Shown: piece after piece, positions 28,541 to 42,044 of the stretch | Numbering within the stretch: the stretch's first letter is position 1 | How the letters are laid out: each line of letters begins with the position of its first letter | From: Octopus sinensis | Lineage: Eukaryota | DNA: 64,000 nucleotides | Assembly (NCBI RefSeq): GCF_006345805.1 | Contig: NC_043007.1 | Location: 35,216,001-35,280,000, forward strand | Reading direction: 5' to 3' | The notes under the pieces: model-generated | Told to the model about the DNA's origin: nothing | Databases searched by the model: none | The model's input: the letters and a program-made list of their open reading frames with translations, nothing else | Position numbers and translations under genes: made by a program

Positions 28541-29888
28541 CTTCAGAAAATCTTAACCAGGTCTGGGTATGCATGTGCAGACCCGTAGTCAACACTTCAG
28601 AAAATCTTAACCAGGTCTGGGTGTGCATGTGCAGACCCGTAGTCAACACTTCAAAAAATCTTAACCAGGTCTGGGTATGCATGTGCAGACCCGTAGTCAA
28701 CACTTCAGAAAATCTTAACCAGGTCTGGGTGTGCATGTGCAGACCCGTAGTCAACACTTCAGAAAATCTTAACCAGGTCTGGGTATGCATGTGCAGACCC
28801 GTAGTCAACACTTCAGAAAATCTTAACCAGGTCTGGGTATGCATGTGCAGACTCGTAGTCAACACTTCAGAAAATCTTAACCAGGTCTGGGTGTGCATGT
28901 GCAGACCCGTAGTCAACACTTCAGAAAATCTTAACCAGGTCTGGGTATGCATGTGCAGACCCGTAGTCAACACTTCAGAAAATCTTAACCAGGTCTGGGT
29001 ATGCATGTGCAGACTCGTAGTCAACACTTCAGAAAATCTTAACCAGGTCTGGGTATGCATGTGCAGACCCGTAGTCAACACTTCAGAAAATCTTAACCAG
29101 GTCTGGGTGTGCATGTGCAGACCCGTAGTCAACACTTCAGAAAATCTTAACCAGGTCTGGGTATGCATGTGCAGACCCGTAGTCAACACTTCAGAAAATC
29201 TTAACCAGGTCTGGGTATGCATGTGCAGACCCGTAGTCAACACTTCAGAAAATCTTACCAGGTCTGGGTATGCATGTGCAGACCCGTAGTCAAACTTCAG
29301 AAAATCTTAACCAGGTCTGGGTATGCATGTGCAGACTCGTAGTCAACACTTCAGAAAATCTTAACCAGGTCTGGGTGTGCATGTGCAGACCCGTAGTCAA
29401 CACTTCAGAAAATCTTAACCAGGTCTGGGTATGCATGTGCAGACCCGTAGTCAACACTTCAGAAAATCTTAACCAGGTCTGGGTGTGCATGTGCAGACCC
29501 GTAGTCAACACTTCAGAAAATCTTAACCAGGTCTGGGTGTGCATGTGCAGACCCGTAGTCAACACTTCAGAAAATCTTAACCAGGTCTGGGTATGCATGT
29601 GCAGACCCTAGTCAACACTTCAGAATCTTAACCAGGTCTGGGTGTGCATGTGCAGACCCGTAGTCAACACTTCAGAAAATCTTAACCAGGTCTGGGTATG
29701 CATGTGCAGACCCGTAGTCAACACTTCAGAAAATCTTAACCAGGTCTGGGTATGCATGTGCAGACCCGTAGTCAACACTTCAGAAAATCTTAACCAGGTC
29801 TGGGTATGCATGTGCAAACTCGTAGTCAACACTTCAGAAAATCTTAACCAGGTCTGGGTGTGCATGTGCAGACCCGTAGTCAACACTT
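28541..29888. repeat. 54-bp minisatellite, 25 copies
   Basis: Unit cttcagaaaatcttaaccaggtctgggt(a/g)tgcatgtgcagac(c/t)cgtagtcaaca; three units carry small deletions; no spacers. Confidence 0.98.
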
Positions 29889-30250
29889 ACCAACAGAAAT
29901 CCTACAGATGGAAACGAAAATATACAACACCGACAAATGAAAAAAGATATTGCAAAAGGAATTCTCATAGAAATCAAATATTAAAACTCTATTGAGTTCT
30001 AGAAACATGACATCAAATATAACATATGTTCATGAGTCTAACTAGAAACTACAAAATAATAAACAGAAAATTAATAGAATTTAAACGTTTACGAATAAAA
30101 ACTACTAGCACCTTTCCCTAATAAACCTCTCCCGAATACAGAATGGAGTGGATCTGATATAAATAGAAAACTACTACAAAATAACAACACTGGAACTAGG
30201 AAAATACATGGAAGAAGGCAAAAGTAGAACTGATTAGTATAATAAGCAAA

Positions 30251-30305
<55 letters not shown>

Positions 30306-30552
30306 CATAATATATAAAACATATGCATATATACATACATATATGTACATACCTACATCTATATGTATATATGCATGCATATATGGGTACAGGACACCAA
30401 AAAAACGTTGAACAGAATGAAAAACGAAAACATAAAAACAAAAACATGGAAACGAATTTTTTCAAACTACGAAAAAAACAGAGTACAAGACATAAAACAG
30501 AAGGAATAATCTCCTTCTTCAGTTGTCTCTATTTCGTCTACTCCACGACCTT

Positions 30553-30618
<66 letters not shown>

Positions 30619-30654
30619 CTCTCTCTCTCTCTATATATATATAATATATATATA

Positions 30655-30694
<40 letters not shown>

Positions 30695-30729
30695 CATATT
30701 TATGTATATATGTATGTATATGTATTATG

Positions 30730-30950
30730 TATATATACCTCCCCTTGCACTCTCCTGTCTTTGAAAGAACTTTTCTTCACCCATTCCCTCCCGGTCATTC
30801 AAAATGTGACCTCGTGTGTACCGTTGGCGATTTTTTTCCTCCGTCTTCCCTTCTCTGGATCTTTCCTTTTCCTATGTTTCTGACGATGAGCTCCGCTCGA
30901 AACGTTAAACCCTCCTTCTTCCCTTCCTTCCTGAGCATCCAAACAATTTC
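30730..30950 (+). mobile_element. Solo pseudo-LTR-like repeat (family A) carrying a hammerhead-like motif at 30876-30910
   Basis: GTTT CTGACGA t GAGC tcc GCTC GAA ACGT T AAAC; homolog at ~10930-11045. Confidence 0.7.
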
Positions 30951-31189
30951 GTGCAAACCGGAAATAAACTACATTGAAGAAAGTGATTTCTTTTGTTGTA
31001 AAACAACAGAAAAAAGGTTCTTAAAAAGACATAAAAATGAAAATGGAATTCCCAAATATACGAAACAAAGAAAATGGGAAATACTCTACGGCCAATAACC
31101 TACAAACTGCAACAGAGAAACGTTCAAAGTCAGAGTGAAATCCAAGCAAAGACTAAATGACCCTGATTTAGAAGCAGCACAGAGTCAAT

Positions 31190-31430
31190 GATTGGTAACA
31201 AACAATTACAAAATTATAACCCACGAAAAAATATTATTGACATCTATTTTAGACTATGCAACCAGAACCAATTGATTACATCATTTCCGACTGGCCAGTC
31301 CGTGCCAAGTCCGAATATATCCACAGACACACTTGAACCGACAGCTATGTCTACTGGGCAGTATGCCCGACACTTCGACGTGCAGACGTATAAGAAGTGA
31401 TATAAATATGTATCAAATACGGTACAGGTC
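31190..31430 (+). pseudogene. Possible decayed non-LTR retrotransposon C-terminus
   Basis: One frame reads FRLAS...THLNRQLCLLGSMPDTSTCRR, loosely resembling the region before the CCHC finger of I-group LINEs. Confidence 0.3.
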
Positions 31431-31654
31431 AACGATCTGACAGCAACAAAAAATATAATGATTACTGATTTAGGGATAGGGTTCAAAGTTTTGAGTGGGG
31501 GGAGCTTAGTCGATACCATTCGGCTACAGTACTAAGCAGGTACTTTGTTGTTTTGACGTCAAAGGGATGAGGAGTAAGCCTGACTTCGGCGAGGTTTGAA
31601 ATTTGAACGTAAAACCGCTAAACATTTTTCCGGCGTGTTGGTGATTCTGCCAGC

Positions 31655-32046
31655 GAACTGGCCGAAACGTTAGCACGCTGGGCGAAATGTTTTGTAGTAT
31701 TTCGTCCGCCGCTGCGTTCTGAGTTCAAATTCCGCCGAGGTCGACTTTGCCTTTCATCCTTTCGGGGTCGATAAATTAAGTACCAGTTACGCACTGGGGT
31801 CGATATAATCGACTTAATCCGTTTGTCTGCCCTTGTTTATCCTCCCTGTGTTGAGCCCCTTGCGGAGTAGTAAAGAAATAGGCATTTCGTCAGCCGTTAC
31901 GCTCTGAGTTCAAATTCCACCGAGGTTGACTTTACCTTTCATCCTTTCGGGGTCGATAAATTAAGTACCAGTTGCGTACTGGAGTTGACTAATCGACTGG
32001 CCCCCTCCCCCAAAACTTCGGGCCTTGTGCCTAGAGTAGAAAAGAA
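31655..32046 (+). mobile_element. Group 2 SINE dimer
   Basis: Two cores joined at aaagaaataggcatttcgtc; second tail cttgtgcctagagtagaaaag. Confidence 0.88.
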
Positions 32047-32196
32047 TCTGCTTTACATTTTCAATAAAAAATTAACTCGTTCGATACAAGTCCGCCTGAG
32101 ACAACCCTTGGTTCTATGATAGAAATTTCCTGTATAAAGTCGATCTAAATTAAAATTTTCTGCGTTTATTTCATGTTAATTAATGTTCCATATACC

Positions 32197-32433
32197 TATT
32201 TCTTTATTACCCACAAGAGGCTAAACACAGAGGGGACAAACAAGGACAGACATAGGTATTAAGTCGATTACATAGGTAATAAGTCGATTAACTGGTACTT
32301 ATGTAATCGACCCCGAAAGGATGAAAGGCAAAATCGACCTCGGCGGAATTTGAACTCACAACGTAACGGCAGCCGAAATACCGCGAAGCATTTCGCCGGC
32401 GCGCTAACGTTTCTGCCAGCTCGCCGCCTTTGC
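32197..32433 (-). mobile_element. Group 2 SINE with 17-bp TSD
   Basis: ttaatgttccatatacc at 32180-32196 and 32434-32450. Confidence 0.9.
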
Positions 32434-32456
32434 TTAATGTTCCATATACCATTTTA

Positions 32457-32830
32457 GTAATCCTTTCTGCTATAGACATAGGGCCAGAAATTTTGGAGGT
32501 AGGAATATAGTCGATAACAACAACTCCAGTGCTCGACTGATACTTTTTTCATCGACCTTGAATGGATGAAAAAAAACCAAAATCGACTCGTCAGGATTCG
32601 AACTCTAAACATAAAGACGAGCGAAATATCGCTAAGCATTTTGTCCGGCGTAGTAACGATTCTGCTAGCTCGTCGCCTTATATACCATTTTAATCATCCC
32701 TTTCTAATATAGTCACAAGGCTTGAAATTTTGTGGGAGGAGGCTTGTCGATTACACCGACCCCAGTTCTTGACTAGTACTTATTTTATCGACCCCGAAAC
32801 AGTAAAAAGCAAAGTCCACCCCGGTGACAT
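32457..32830 (-). mobile_element. Two older group 2-related SINEs in tandem
   Basis: atataccatttta at 32444-32456 and 32680-32692 flanks the first; degenerate cores. Confidence 0.7.
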
Positions 32831-33662
32831 AATTACCATTTAAATACTAAGTTATTTTACTGAATTTCTCAGTATTTTAAAAATTAATAGAAACAAAGCC
32901 AGATAGCGTCACTATTTTTTCTTCTTTTTGTGCTTAAGTTGCTACATTTCGGCTCCTATTCAAAATCTCCTTAGATCAGGTCACATGAATCTTTTCATTA
33001 CCGGAAATCTATATATACATTTTGTAGTACAAACATGGGATCTTTTCCCTTTGAACGGCAGATCGAGAAATTAATTTTTTGGAACTAAACACTTTCAAAC
33101 TTCGGACACTGGTAGAATGTGTCATAAAACATCTTTTACTGTTAGTGTTGTTGAGAAAAGTTTATATGTTCAAAGTTATTTCGTGTTAAAGTTGTCGTAT
33201 TTCGGTAAATTCAACCAATCAATGACGTGTATTCAGTTGAATAAAATTACTGACGAAGCCACATATTTGTAAAGTTATTTGACTTTGTACATAAGTCTCT
33301 CTTCAATACGCCCACAGCCTGAAATTTTGGCAGGTGGAGGGGCTAGTCGATGTAATCGATCTCCTGCGCTCAACTGGTACTTTATTTTACTGTGAAACTT
33401 CGGGGGAGGAAAATAGTTGATTATGTTGGCCCCCCAATGCCCAGCTTATACTTTATTTTATCGACCCCTAAGGGATGAAAGGCAAAATTGACCACAGCAG
33501 AATTTGAACTCAGAACATTAAACCAGAAAAAATGCCGCGAAGCATTTTAACTGGAGTGCTATTCTGACAGCACACCGAGTTGTAATGTTTTCTGCTATAG
33601 GCACAAGGCCTGAAATTACGGGAAGAAGCTACTCAATTATGTTGATACCAATACTCAACTGG

Positions 33663-33890
33663 GTGGAAGCGCGTGGCTTAGTGGTTAGGGTGTCAGCACC
33701 ATGATCGTAAGAGTGTGGTTTCGATTCCTGGACCGGACGACGCGTTGTGTTCTTGAGCGAAACACTTCATTTCACATTGCTCCAGTCCTCTCAGCTGGCA
33801 AAAATGAGTAGCGCCGCGATGGACTGGTGTCCCGTCCAGCTGGGGAACACATACGCCATAGAAACTGGGCCCATAAGTCTGGCTAGGTTT
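33663..33890 (+). mobile_element. CORE-type tRNA SINE nested among group 2 fragments
   Basis: tggcttagtggttaggg ... gtttcgattcc ... tgtgttcttgagcgaaacacttcatttcacattgctccag. Confidence 0.75.
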
Positions 33891-34341
33891 GAAATGGGCG
33901 CATTTATTTTTTTTTTTTTAAAATACACAACTGGACGGAAGGCAAATTTAACTTCGGCGGAATTTGAACTCAGAGCATAAAGTCTGACGAATTGCCGATA
34001 GGTTTTTTGTCTGATGCAATAACGATTCTGCTAGTTCACTGCCTGACTTGACTTTGTGCATAATGACAACGTAATTTATTTAATGTCATTACATGCATGT
34101 GAAAAAATATTCACGTTTTCCTTTGACATTTTTCATGAATTCGTCGTGGAAAGAGAAGAAACAGGTGGAGTAGGACAAGTAAGAAAGGGTGGAGGAAGAG
34201 GAACAGAATAAGAACGTGGTGAAGGAAGCGGACAAAGGCTAGGGAGGTGACATGGAAGTAGAGGAGGTGTGAGAATGTATCGCTTGGGCCTATTTCTGAC
34301 AGCTTTGTGTCAGAAGAGGCAAAGCAATAAATATATATGCT

Positions 34342-34546
34342 CTTTACTCTTTTACTTGTTTCAGTCATTCGATTGTGGCCATGCTGGAGCACCGCCTTTA
34401 ATCGAGCAAATCGACCCCAGGGCTTATTCTTTGTAATCCTAGTACTTATTCTATCGGTCTCTTTTGCCGAACCGCTAAGTTACGGGTACGTAAACACATC
34501 AGCATCAGTTGTCAAGCGATGTTGGGGGGAGGGGACAAACACAGAT

Positions 34547-34591
<45 letters not shown>

Positions 34592-34753
34592 CGACAGGCT
34601 TCTTTCAGATTCCGTCTACAAATCGACTCGCAAGGCTTTGGTTGGCCCGAGACTATAGTAGAAGACACTCGCCCAATGTGCCACGCAGTGGGACTGAACC
34701 CGGAATCATGTGGTTGGTAAGCAAGCTACTTACCACACAGCCACTCCTACGCC

Positions 34754-34754
<1 letters not shown>
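34342..34754 (-). mobile_element. Group 1 SINE, near full length
   Basis: Tail, body, CA/TA tract and head on the minus strand. Confidence 0.92.
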
Positions 34755-34785
<31 letters not shown>

Positions 34786-34791
34786 TATATA

Positions 34792-34891
<100 letters not shown>

Positions 34892-35661
34892 CTATTGCGT
34901 CTCTTAAGCTAATTAGCTGTAGCATATTGACGAGTAGCCTTGGGATGCAACATGTTAATTAATTGGATTAAGAAAACGATGTGCGTGCAATTTCAGATTA
35001 GTCCGCAAATAAATTTAACTCATTTTAATTCATAGTGTAACAAGTGATCTCTGTTTAGCCTCAGATCAGTTCAGTGGCTGAAGCATACTGACGAGTAGCC
35101 TTTAGAATACACTATACTTTTATGCATGTTAATGAGTTAGATTTTAAAAAGATTGAGCATTCAATTCTAGATTTAACTCGTTGTGTTGCCAGTAATCCTA
35201 GTCGAAATAATTGTTATTTAGTTCCATGTCAGCCCTAATCCAGTTCACCTTTGATTATAAGCTTTCCATTCATAAACACTTCATTTTTTAACATTTTTTT
35301 TTTAGTGTATCCACGTCCAGATACTCTGGATCTTAACCTGGACGGTTGCATCTCCTTGAGAGCATTGAGAGCTAACAAGGAGGTGGTAACATTCAAGGAG
35401 CACGATAGTGTGAAGGAGGGACCCGGGGACGCTACGTTTTTATGAAAGAGTCATACTTTTTCTCAGAAATAAAGTATTTTAACCAGGGACAATAATCATA
35501 TTTTACAATACTTTTTTTTTTGTTTGTTAGAATTAAAGTGGACATTGTGTTATCATGATGAGGTGCTAAGTTTTAATACAATTTCGTTTATTTTAGTCTT
35601 CGCCCTCTTTAGAAATTTCCATGGAAAATTAAACATAGAGGCATTTATTCCATGCAAATAT

Positions 35662-35885
35662 CTTATTTCTTTACTGCCCACAAGGGGCTACACACAGAGA
35701 GGACAGACATAAGTATTAAGTCGATTACATCGACCCCAGTGCGTAACAGGTAATTAATTTATCGACCCTGAAAGGATGAAAGGCAATGTCGACCTCGGCG
35801 GAATTTGAACTCAGAACGTAAAGGCAGACGAAATACCGCTAAGCATTTCGCCTGACGTGCTAACGTTTCTGCCAGCTCGCCGCCT
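35662..35885 (-). mobile_element. Group 2 SINE monomer
   Basis: Head, core and tail recognisable. Confidence 0.88.
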
Positions 35886-37602
35886 AAAAGGAGGTAAGTG
35901 TTGGTCGTTTGGAATTCCATAATATGGATGATATATATGATGGCAAGGCTTTACGAAGAGAAGGTTCTTTAATGATTCGGTGAACGGGAGCGTTGTGTTA
36001 CACAAAAGGTTGATAACCAATTATCTAGCATAATATATACTATTAAATGTTTTTTTTTGTTTCTTTTTCTATTCAAAGGGAAAGGCAATCTGAAAATGGC
36101 ATTGGCTGTTATTTCTTGCAGGTCAAAGTAATGCATAACGATTTCCTCACGTTCTCGATTCTCATTGACTTTATTAAGCGGGGTGAGTTAGCCAAAGCAG
36201 TAGAGAGCCAATTTCGATGTAATTTTCAGCATTTAACCTCATTCCTCTATATTTTGGAGTCAAATGGCATCAGCATCGGCCTTTTACCCTTTACATCTTC
36301 CATCAAGGTCAAGGCAGTGAGCACCAGTAATATACTAGGTTCAATTCAATGAACCATATTCATTTCCTTCCTTACCAAAATTGGCTTTCTGCCAAAGTAA
36401 TAAATCCTTGTTATTAACTTTCCGTTCCTTTCACTCCAATGAATGTATTTGATCAGTCATATAAAACAAGATTTTTTTTTCCATTTATTTATTTAATCTA
36501 ATACTGAAAGCCATCATCTAATAAAGCAAGCGTTCTTTTAAGAAACTGCGGTCTTATATCATATATAGCTATTTTTCCATCATTCATGGAAGCCAGCTGC
36601 CAGGCAGCTCAGCAGTTATTAATAAATATATCAGCCAGTCTAAATAGAACAGAGCTAGTTGGCTGGCTGACTGACAGGCCGGCTGGCTTGTTGGTGTACG
36701 GTAATGGTGAATAAACGAATGGAAAATTCCATGACGTCAGGCAAGCTACTCTCTGCTTTTGTAATATCTGGACGACCGAAAAGACGTTTATGTCAGACAA
36801 GCATAGCTCTATAACGATAGGCTGTAATAAAATTCGTATTCTTCTTGATGTTCTTCTTCTTCATCTTCTGTTCAACAACGCTTTCATTTCATTTATTCAT
36901 TTAATCTGCTTTTCGCTTTACATGTTTTATTCCATACATGCATTTCAATAAAGACACCGGTGGTGAATGGCACAATGCCGCAAGACAAGAGGTAACAAAC
37001 AAGTTCTTGCCAACGAGGCGCAATTTCAATCCCTGTTTGAAGCTGTCATTTCACTTACAACATTGTTGTTGTTGTTGTTGTTACTGCTGCTGCAACTGCT
37101 GCTGCTGCTCTTGCAATGGTAGTTGTTGTTGTTGTTGTTGTTGTTGTTGTACTTGTCTGCTTCAGTTTCAATTGATCAGTTCTAAGATCAAAAGTGTTGC
37201 AGCAGAAACCGTCTCACACCTTCCAGACACGGCATTGTTTGATCTGGAGGAGATTTAGCTGCAATTTCTAGCAGGTCGAATGAATTACTTACAATTTTCC
37301 TCGTTCAGTCGTCACCGACATAGTTTAGCGTATTTGGGAAAGCTAATGAAGTTTATACCAAAATCTAATACAACTATATTTTTACTTTACTGTTGAAAGC
37401 AGCTTTGCCACAGAGAAAGAGTAGACATCCGGTGGCATGAAACAGTACAAGTGGATATTTATCCATTCGATCAGTAATAAGTAGTGGCGTTAACACGTCA
37501 CCCGCTTTAACGCCATTTTTATTTCATATTCATAATGTGTTTTTTGGTCGTATAGAAGTAGAAACTGAATTTATGTATTGAGACATGCTTTTTCTAAGGA
37601 AT

Positions 37603-37643
<41 letters not shown>

Positions 37644-37910
37644 TAGATAGATAGATAGATAGATATGTTTCTTTATTAGCCACACAGGGCTGCACACAGA
37701 TAGAACAAATTACAAGGTAGAGCTTTTCTTTTGAAGGTTTAAAAAAAAAAAAAAAAAAAAAAAAAAGGAAGGGGGAGTTTCGATCAAAAGGGATCGTAAA
37801 AGGAGAGAAAGAGGACAAAAAAAGGGGGGTTTAAAAAAAAAAAAAAAAAAAGGGGGAGAGGAAAAAAAAATTGATCAATAGGGATCGTTATCACAGAAAT
37901 GTCAATATGA

Positions 37911-37939
<29 letters not shown>

Positions 37940-37942
<3 letters not shown>

Positions 37943-38070
37943 CCACTACACACATTTTTTTCTCTCCTTGTTTCTCTCCATGTTTTTTCTGTGGCCCTTT
38001 CTGTAGAAGAGCGTAGGCTCGAAACGTAAATGACTTTTTCTATTCCTGAGCGTTGTAATTAAATATATAA
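37940..38070 (+). mobile_element. Solo pseudo-LTR-like repeat (family B) with hammerhead-like motif at 37997-38032
   Basis: cttt CTGTAGA a GAGC gtag GCTC GAA ACGT A aatg; homolog on the minus strand at ~56880-57075. Confidence 0.6.
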
Positions 38071-38137
38071 ATGTGTATGTGTGCAGGTGTGTCTGTGTGT
38101 GTGTGTATGTGAGCGGATGTGTCTGTGTGTGTGTGTA

Positions 38138-38258
<121 letters not shown>

Positions 38259-38341
38259 ATGCACATTGAGGATGTGCTAAAGCATTTCTTTGTCTTGCTA
38301 TTTGGATCATAGAAAAATAGATAGATAGATAGATAGCTAGG

Positions 38342-38418
<77 letters not shown>

Positions 38419-38974
38419 TCACCAACATGCATAGACACGTGCACACACATACATACGAACATGCATTCACGTATACTCACACACGAACATCTGTGTGTGT
38501 GTATATGTGTGTGTGTGAGTAATTAATTTATGGGGTTTAGTGACTAAGTGAATCAACGGAACTGCTACTTAAATTCCACTTGTAAAATGAAGAATTCTGT
38601 GAAAATAGGCTCTAATTGTAGATTATCTCAATAGTAATGGCATGGCACTTCGTGCAGATGAATTTTTTTCTAAAAGAATACCAAATCTTCTGATCTCCAT
38701 TTTCTCTTTACAAACGAGTTAACCAAAGAACTCTTTATGCGATTCCTTGATTTGCTAGATATAGCAACTACATGTGCCTCAAAACGACATTCTACTATGC
38801 TTCAAAGGAAAAAAAAAACACGTTGAATAATGGAATTTAGGTTGATTTTGTTTCGGAAAATTTGCGAAATTCTCAAGTTTAGATTTTCCTCCATTATTAT
38901 TCAAATCAATTACTGCCAGCCCAGTTCCCAAGTAAAAAAAAAAAGTACAGCGACAAGAAAACCTACTACTACTA

Positions 38975-39015
<41 letters not shown>

Positions 39016-39422
39016 ACTACAATTACTACTACTATTGCTACTACCTCTACTATTACTACGCTACCACTACTGCTACTGCTACAACTTACTTCTACTAATA
39101 CTACTACTACTACTATTGTTGCTACTGCTGCTACTACTACAAACCGAATTAGATGCTTTATGATAGAAATGGTGACCAATACCTTCCTCAGTCACACCAA
39201 ATCTAAGTATGATCCCAAATGAATAAAATGGCCACTTTAGAAAGCTGTCTGTCCGTTAGAAATAGCAACAAAACCTTTCTAAAATCACACTTTATCGTCT
39301 TAAAAGTGGAGGTATATGTCTAAAAACAAGAACAAAAAACATAGTCATGTCTAGAATGATTTTGATCATAGGTGTGTTCCACCATCATTGACATTGGAGG
39401 TAAACAACCAAATATCAACATA

Positions 39423-39817
39423 CTAGCAGTATCGCCTGGCGTTGCTCGGGTTTGTTTCGACCCTTTAGAATTAGAATTTTTCAAAAGTAAAAATTTTGCT
39501 TTATGTAGCTTGTTATTCTCTTTAAGTGAACATTTTTCTGGTTGAAATACACCGAAAAATGGCAACACAGCAGTCAAAAAATCGTAAAAAATAGGGATTT
39601 TCATAGAAAAAAAAGCACCTTTTTGATGTAAATAATTTTTGGTGTTAACATGGTCTGATTTGAATTGTTTTTCTTCTACGGAAGGAAGAGCAAGCCTTCT
39701 TCTGTCATACTCTCAATTTTGGTCAACTTGCGCCACAGAGTCTCGGAGGAGATAGTGTTAGTTGAAGGCTACCAAACTTGCTATACACAGACAACTTCAG
39801 TTTTATATAGAGAGAGA
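39423..39817 (-). mobile_element. Non-autonomous Helitron, copy 3
   Basis: Minus strand starts TC..tataaaactgaagttg and ends caaacccgagcaacgccaggcgatactgCTAG; inserted between A and T. Confidence 0.85.
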
Positions 39818-40044
39818 TATAGTTACGTTAGGGCTAACATAGCTCATGCAGTAAGCTTTTAGAAAGAAATAGACACAAAGTAAGTAGAAAAATTATGAGG
39901 TATAGGAGGTGGGAACATATTAGACAATTAATAATAATATTTATTAATATTTCGGCCGATTTAATCGACTTATCCACTTCCACCAAAATTGCTGGCCTTG
40001 CGCCGAAATTTGTAATCATTATTTATTAAAATTTCAAAGTGATG

Positions 40045-40860
40045 AGCTTGCAGAATCGTTAGCACGCCGGACAAAGTGCTTAGCGATATTTCGTCTGCTG
40101 CTACGTTCTGAATTCAAATTCCGCAGAGGTCGACTTTGCCCTTCATCCTTTTGGGGTCGATAAATTAAGTACCAGTTACGCACTGGGGTCGATGTAATCG
40201 ACTTAATCCGTTTGTCTGTCCTTGTTTGTCCCCTCTGTGTTTAGCCCCCTGTGAGCAATAAAGAAATAGATATTTTGTCTGCTGCTACGTTCTGAGTTCA
40301 AATTCCGCCGAGGTCGTCTTTGCCTTTCATCCTTTCAAGGTCGACAAATTAAGTACCAGTGAAACACTGGGGTCGATGTAATCGACTAGTCCCCCGCCCA
40401 GCCAAATTTCAGCCCTTGTGCCTATAGTAGAAAGGATTACTTATTAATATTTCGGCAAATGAAGGTGGCGAGATGGCAAAACTGTTAGCACGCGGGGAAA
40501 AATACTTAGCAGCATTTCGTCCGTAAAGACCTCTTTAAGAACTGAGTACAAATTCCACCGAGGTTGACTTTGCCTTTCATCCTAGTGGTGCTGATAAAAT
40601 AGGTACCAGTTGAGCACTGGAGTCAATATATTCGACTTAACTTCTTCCTCCAAATTGTTGGTCTTGTACCAAAAGCTTTGAAACCTTAGCGGCATTTCTT
40701 ACGGCCTGACGTTCTGAATTCAAATTCCACCGAGGTCAATCTTATTTTTTATCCTTCGGGGTTGATAAAATAACTATCAGCTTAATACAAAGGTCGATGT
40801 AATCAACAAGGCTTTTCCCCCACAAATTTCATGCCTTGTGCCTATAATGGAAAGAAAATA
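40045..40860 (+). mobile_element. Cluster of four group 2-type SINE cores
   Basis: Repeated gttctga.ttcaaattcc.ccgaggt.gactttgcc cores in one orientation; the first two form a dimer. Confidence 0.85.
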
Positions 40861-41024
40861 TTTCAGCAACTAATACTGAGAAGGTTTCGCATTTGTTATG
40901 TCATCTTCAGCGGAGGATACAGAAAGTAATAATGATAGAATCACTAAATAGGTGTAGTACATGATTGTATCTTGTTTGCTGTAGGAAAATAGGTTTGATT
41001 AAAGACTAAAAAGTTTCTTTAAAT

Positions 41025-41870
41025 ATAGAAAAGATTAATAAAGTCTATACTTATTGATAACAAGGCCCTTTTAATGGCGTATGTGTGTTATTTTAATGTT
41101 GTCTGTAAGTTGAAAGATAATATCTTATTTGTAAAATACCTAGAAACTGATACCACTTCGGATTTATTTATATTGCTTTAAGGTCCTGGTTTGATGAAAA
41201 TAATATCAGAGATTTTATATCGATTGCAACCTATGTTGATACTTGAATAGTCGGGAGGTATGAAGGATTCATGGCAGATTTGAAAAATAAACGACCTATA
41301 TCCTAGAATCAAAGCAGTTCTCTTTTATTTTATTTTAATTAGTTACCGGTTCGGTAGCTAAACTTGAAGCCAATTTTAGCTACCAGTTTGGTAGCTAAAA
41401 CGATTAAAACCACACACATAATATAATCACATTATCATTTTAGCAGGAAAAAAAAGCTAATTTTGAATTGATGAACCCTCATTCTAGAAAAGTAGGCGAA
41501 TCCACCACCTGTGAATATTGTCTGTGAATACTGAAGAACAAGTTGAAAATCTGAGAAGAATTAATTTCTCGATTCAGTTTGCCAAGTCGGTAACAAGATC
41601 CTTTTAATGGTGTATAGACGCCATTAAACCAGCAACTCTTTCAAAAGAAAATTACATTTAAACATGATTTGGCATTTCTTGTTTGTGAATTATTATTGAT
41701 TTGGTGCAGACAAGGGGCAGGGGTTAAGTTGCTTGCTTTCCAGCCACGGAGTTTCGGGTTCAGTTCCACTGTGCAACACCTTAGGACAGTGCCTTCTTCT
41801 ATAGTTCCGGGCTGACCAGTGTCTAGTGAGTGAATGAATTTGGTTGTCGGAAACTGTGAAAACCCACCGA
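41025..41870 (+). repeat. Left arm of an old inverted duplication (hAT remnants + SINE head)
   Basis: Colinear reverse complement of ~44270-45080, including the hAT-to-SINE junction. Confidence 0.8.
41056..41625 (+). pseudogene. hAT (Buster/Charlie-like) transposase fragments
   Basis: DNKALLMAYVCY..LFVKYLETDT and SWFDENNIRDFISIAT (41184-41231); EEQVENLRRINFSIQ near 41530. Confidence 0.7.
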
Positions 41871-41943
41871 ATAAAATATGTATATATTTTATGCGTGTAT
41901 GTGTGTGCGTCTCTCTCTCTCTCTCTGTATGTACACACACACG

Positions 41944-42044
<101 letters not shown>

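Noticed and set aside
28495-28552. Hammerhead-like CTGAAGA...GAAA on the minus strand at the left edge of the 54-bp array
   Set aside because: Stem II is only partly paired and no stem I partner is present.
28541-29888. CRISPR-like array
   Set aside because: Units are contiguous with no unique spacers, there are no cas genes, and the context is eukaryotic.
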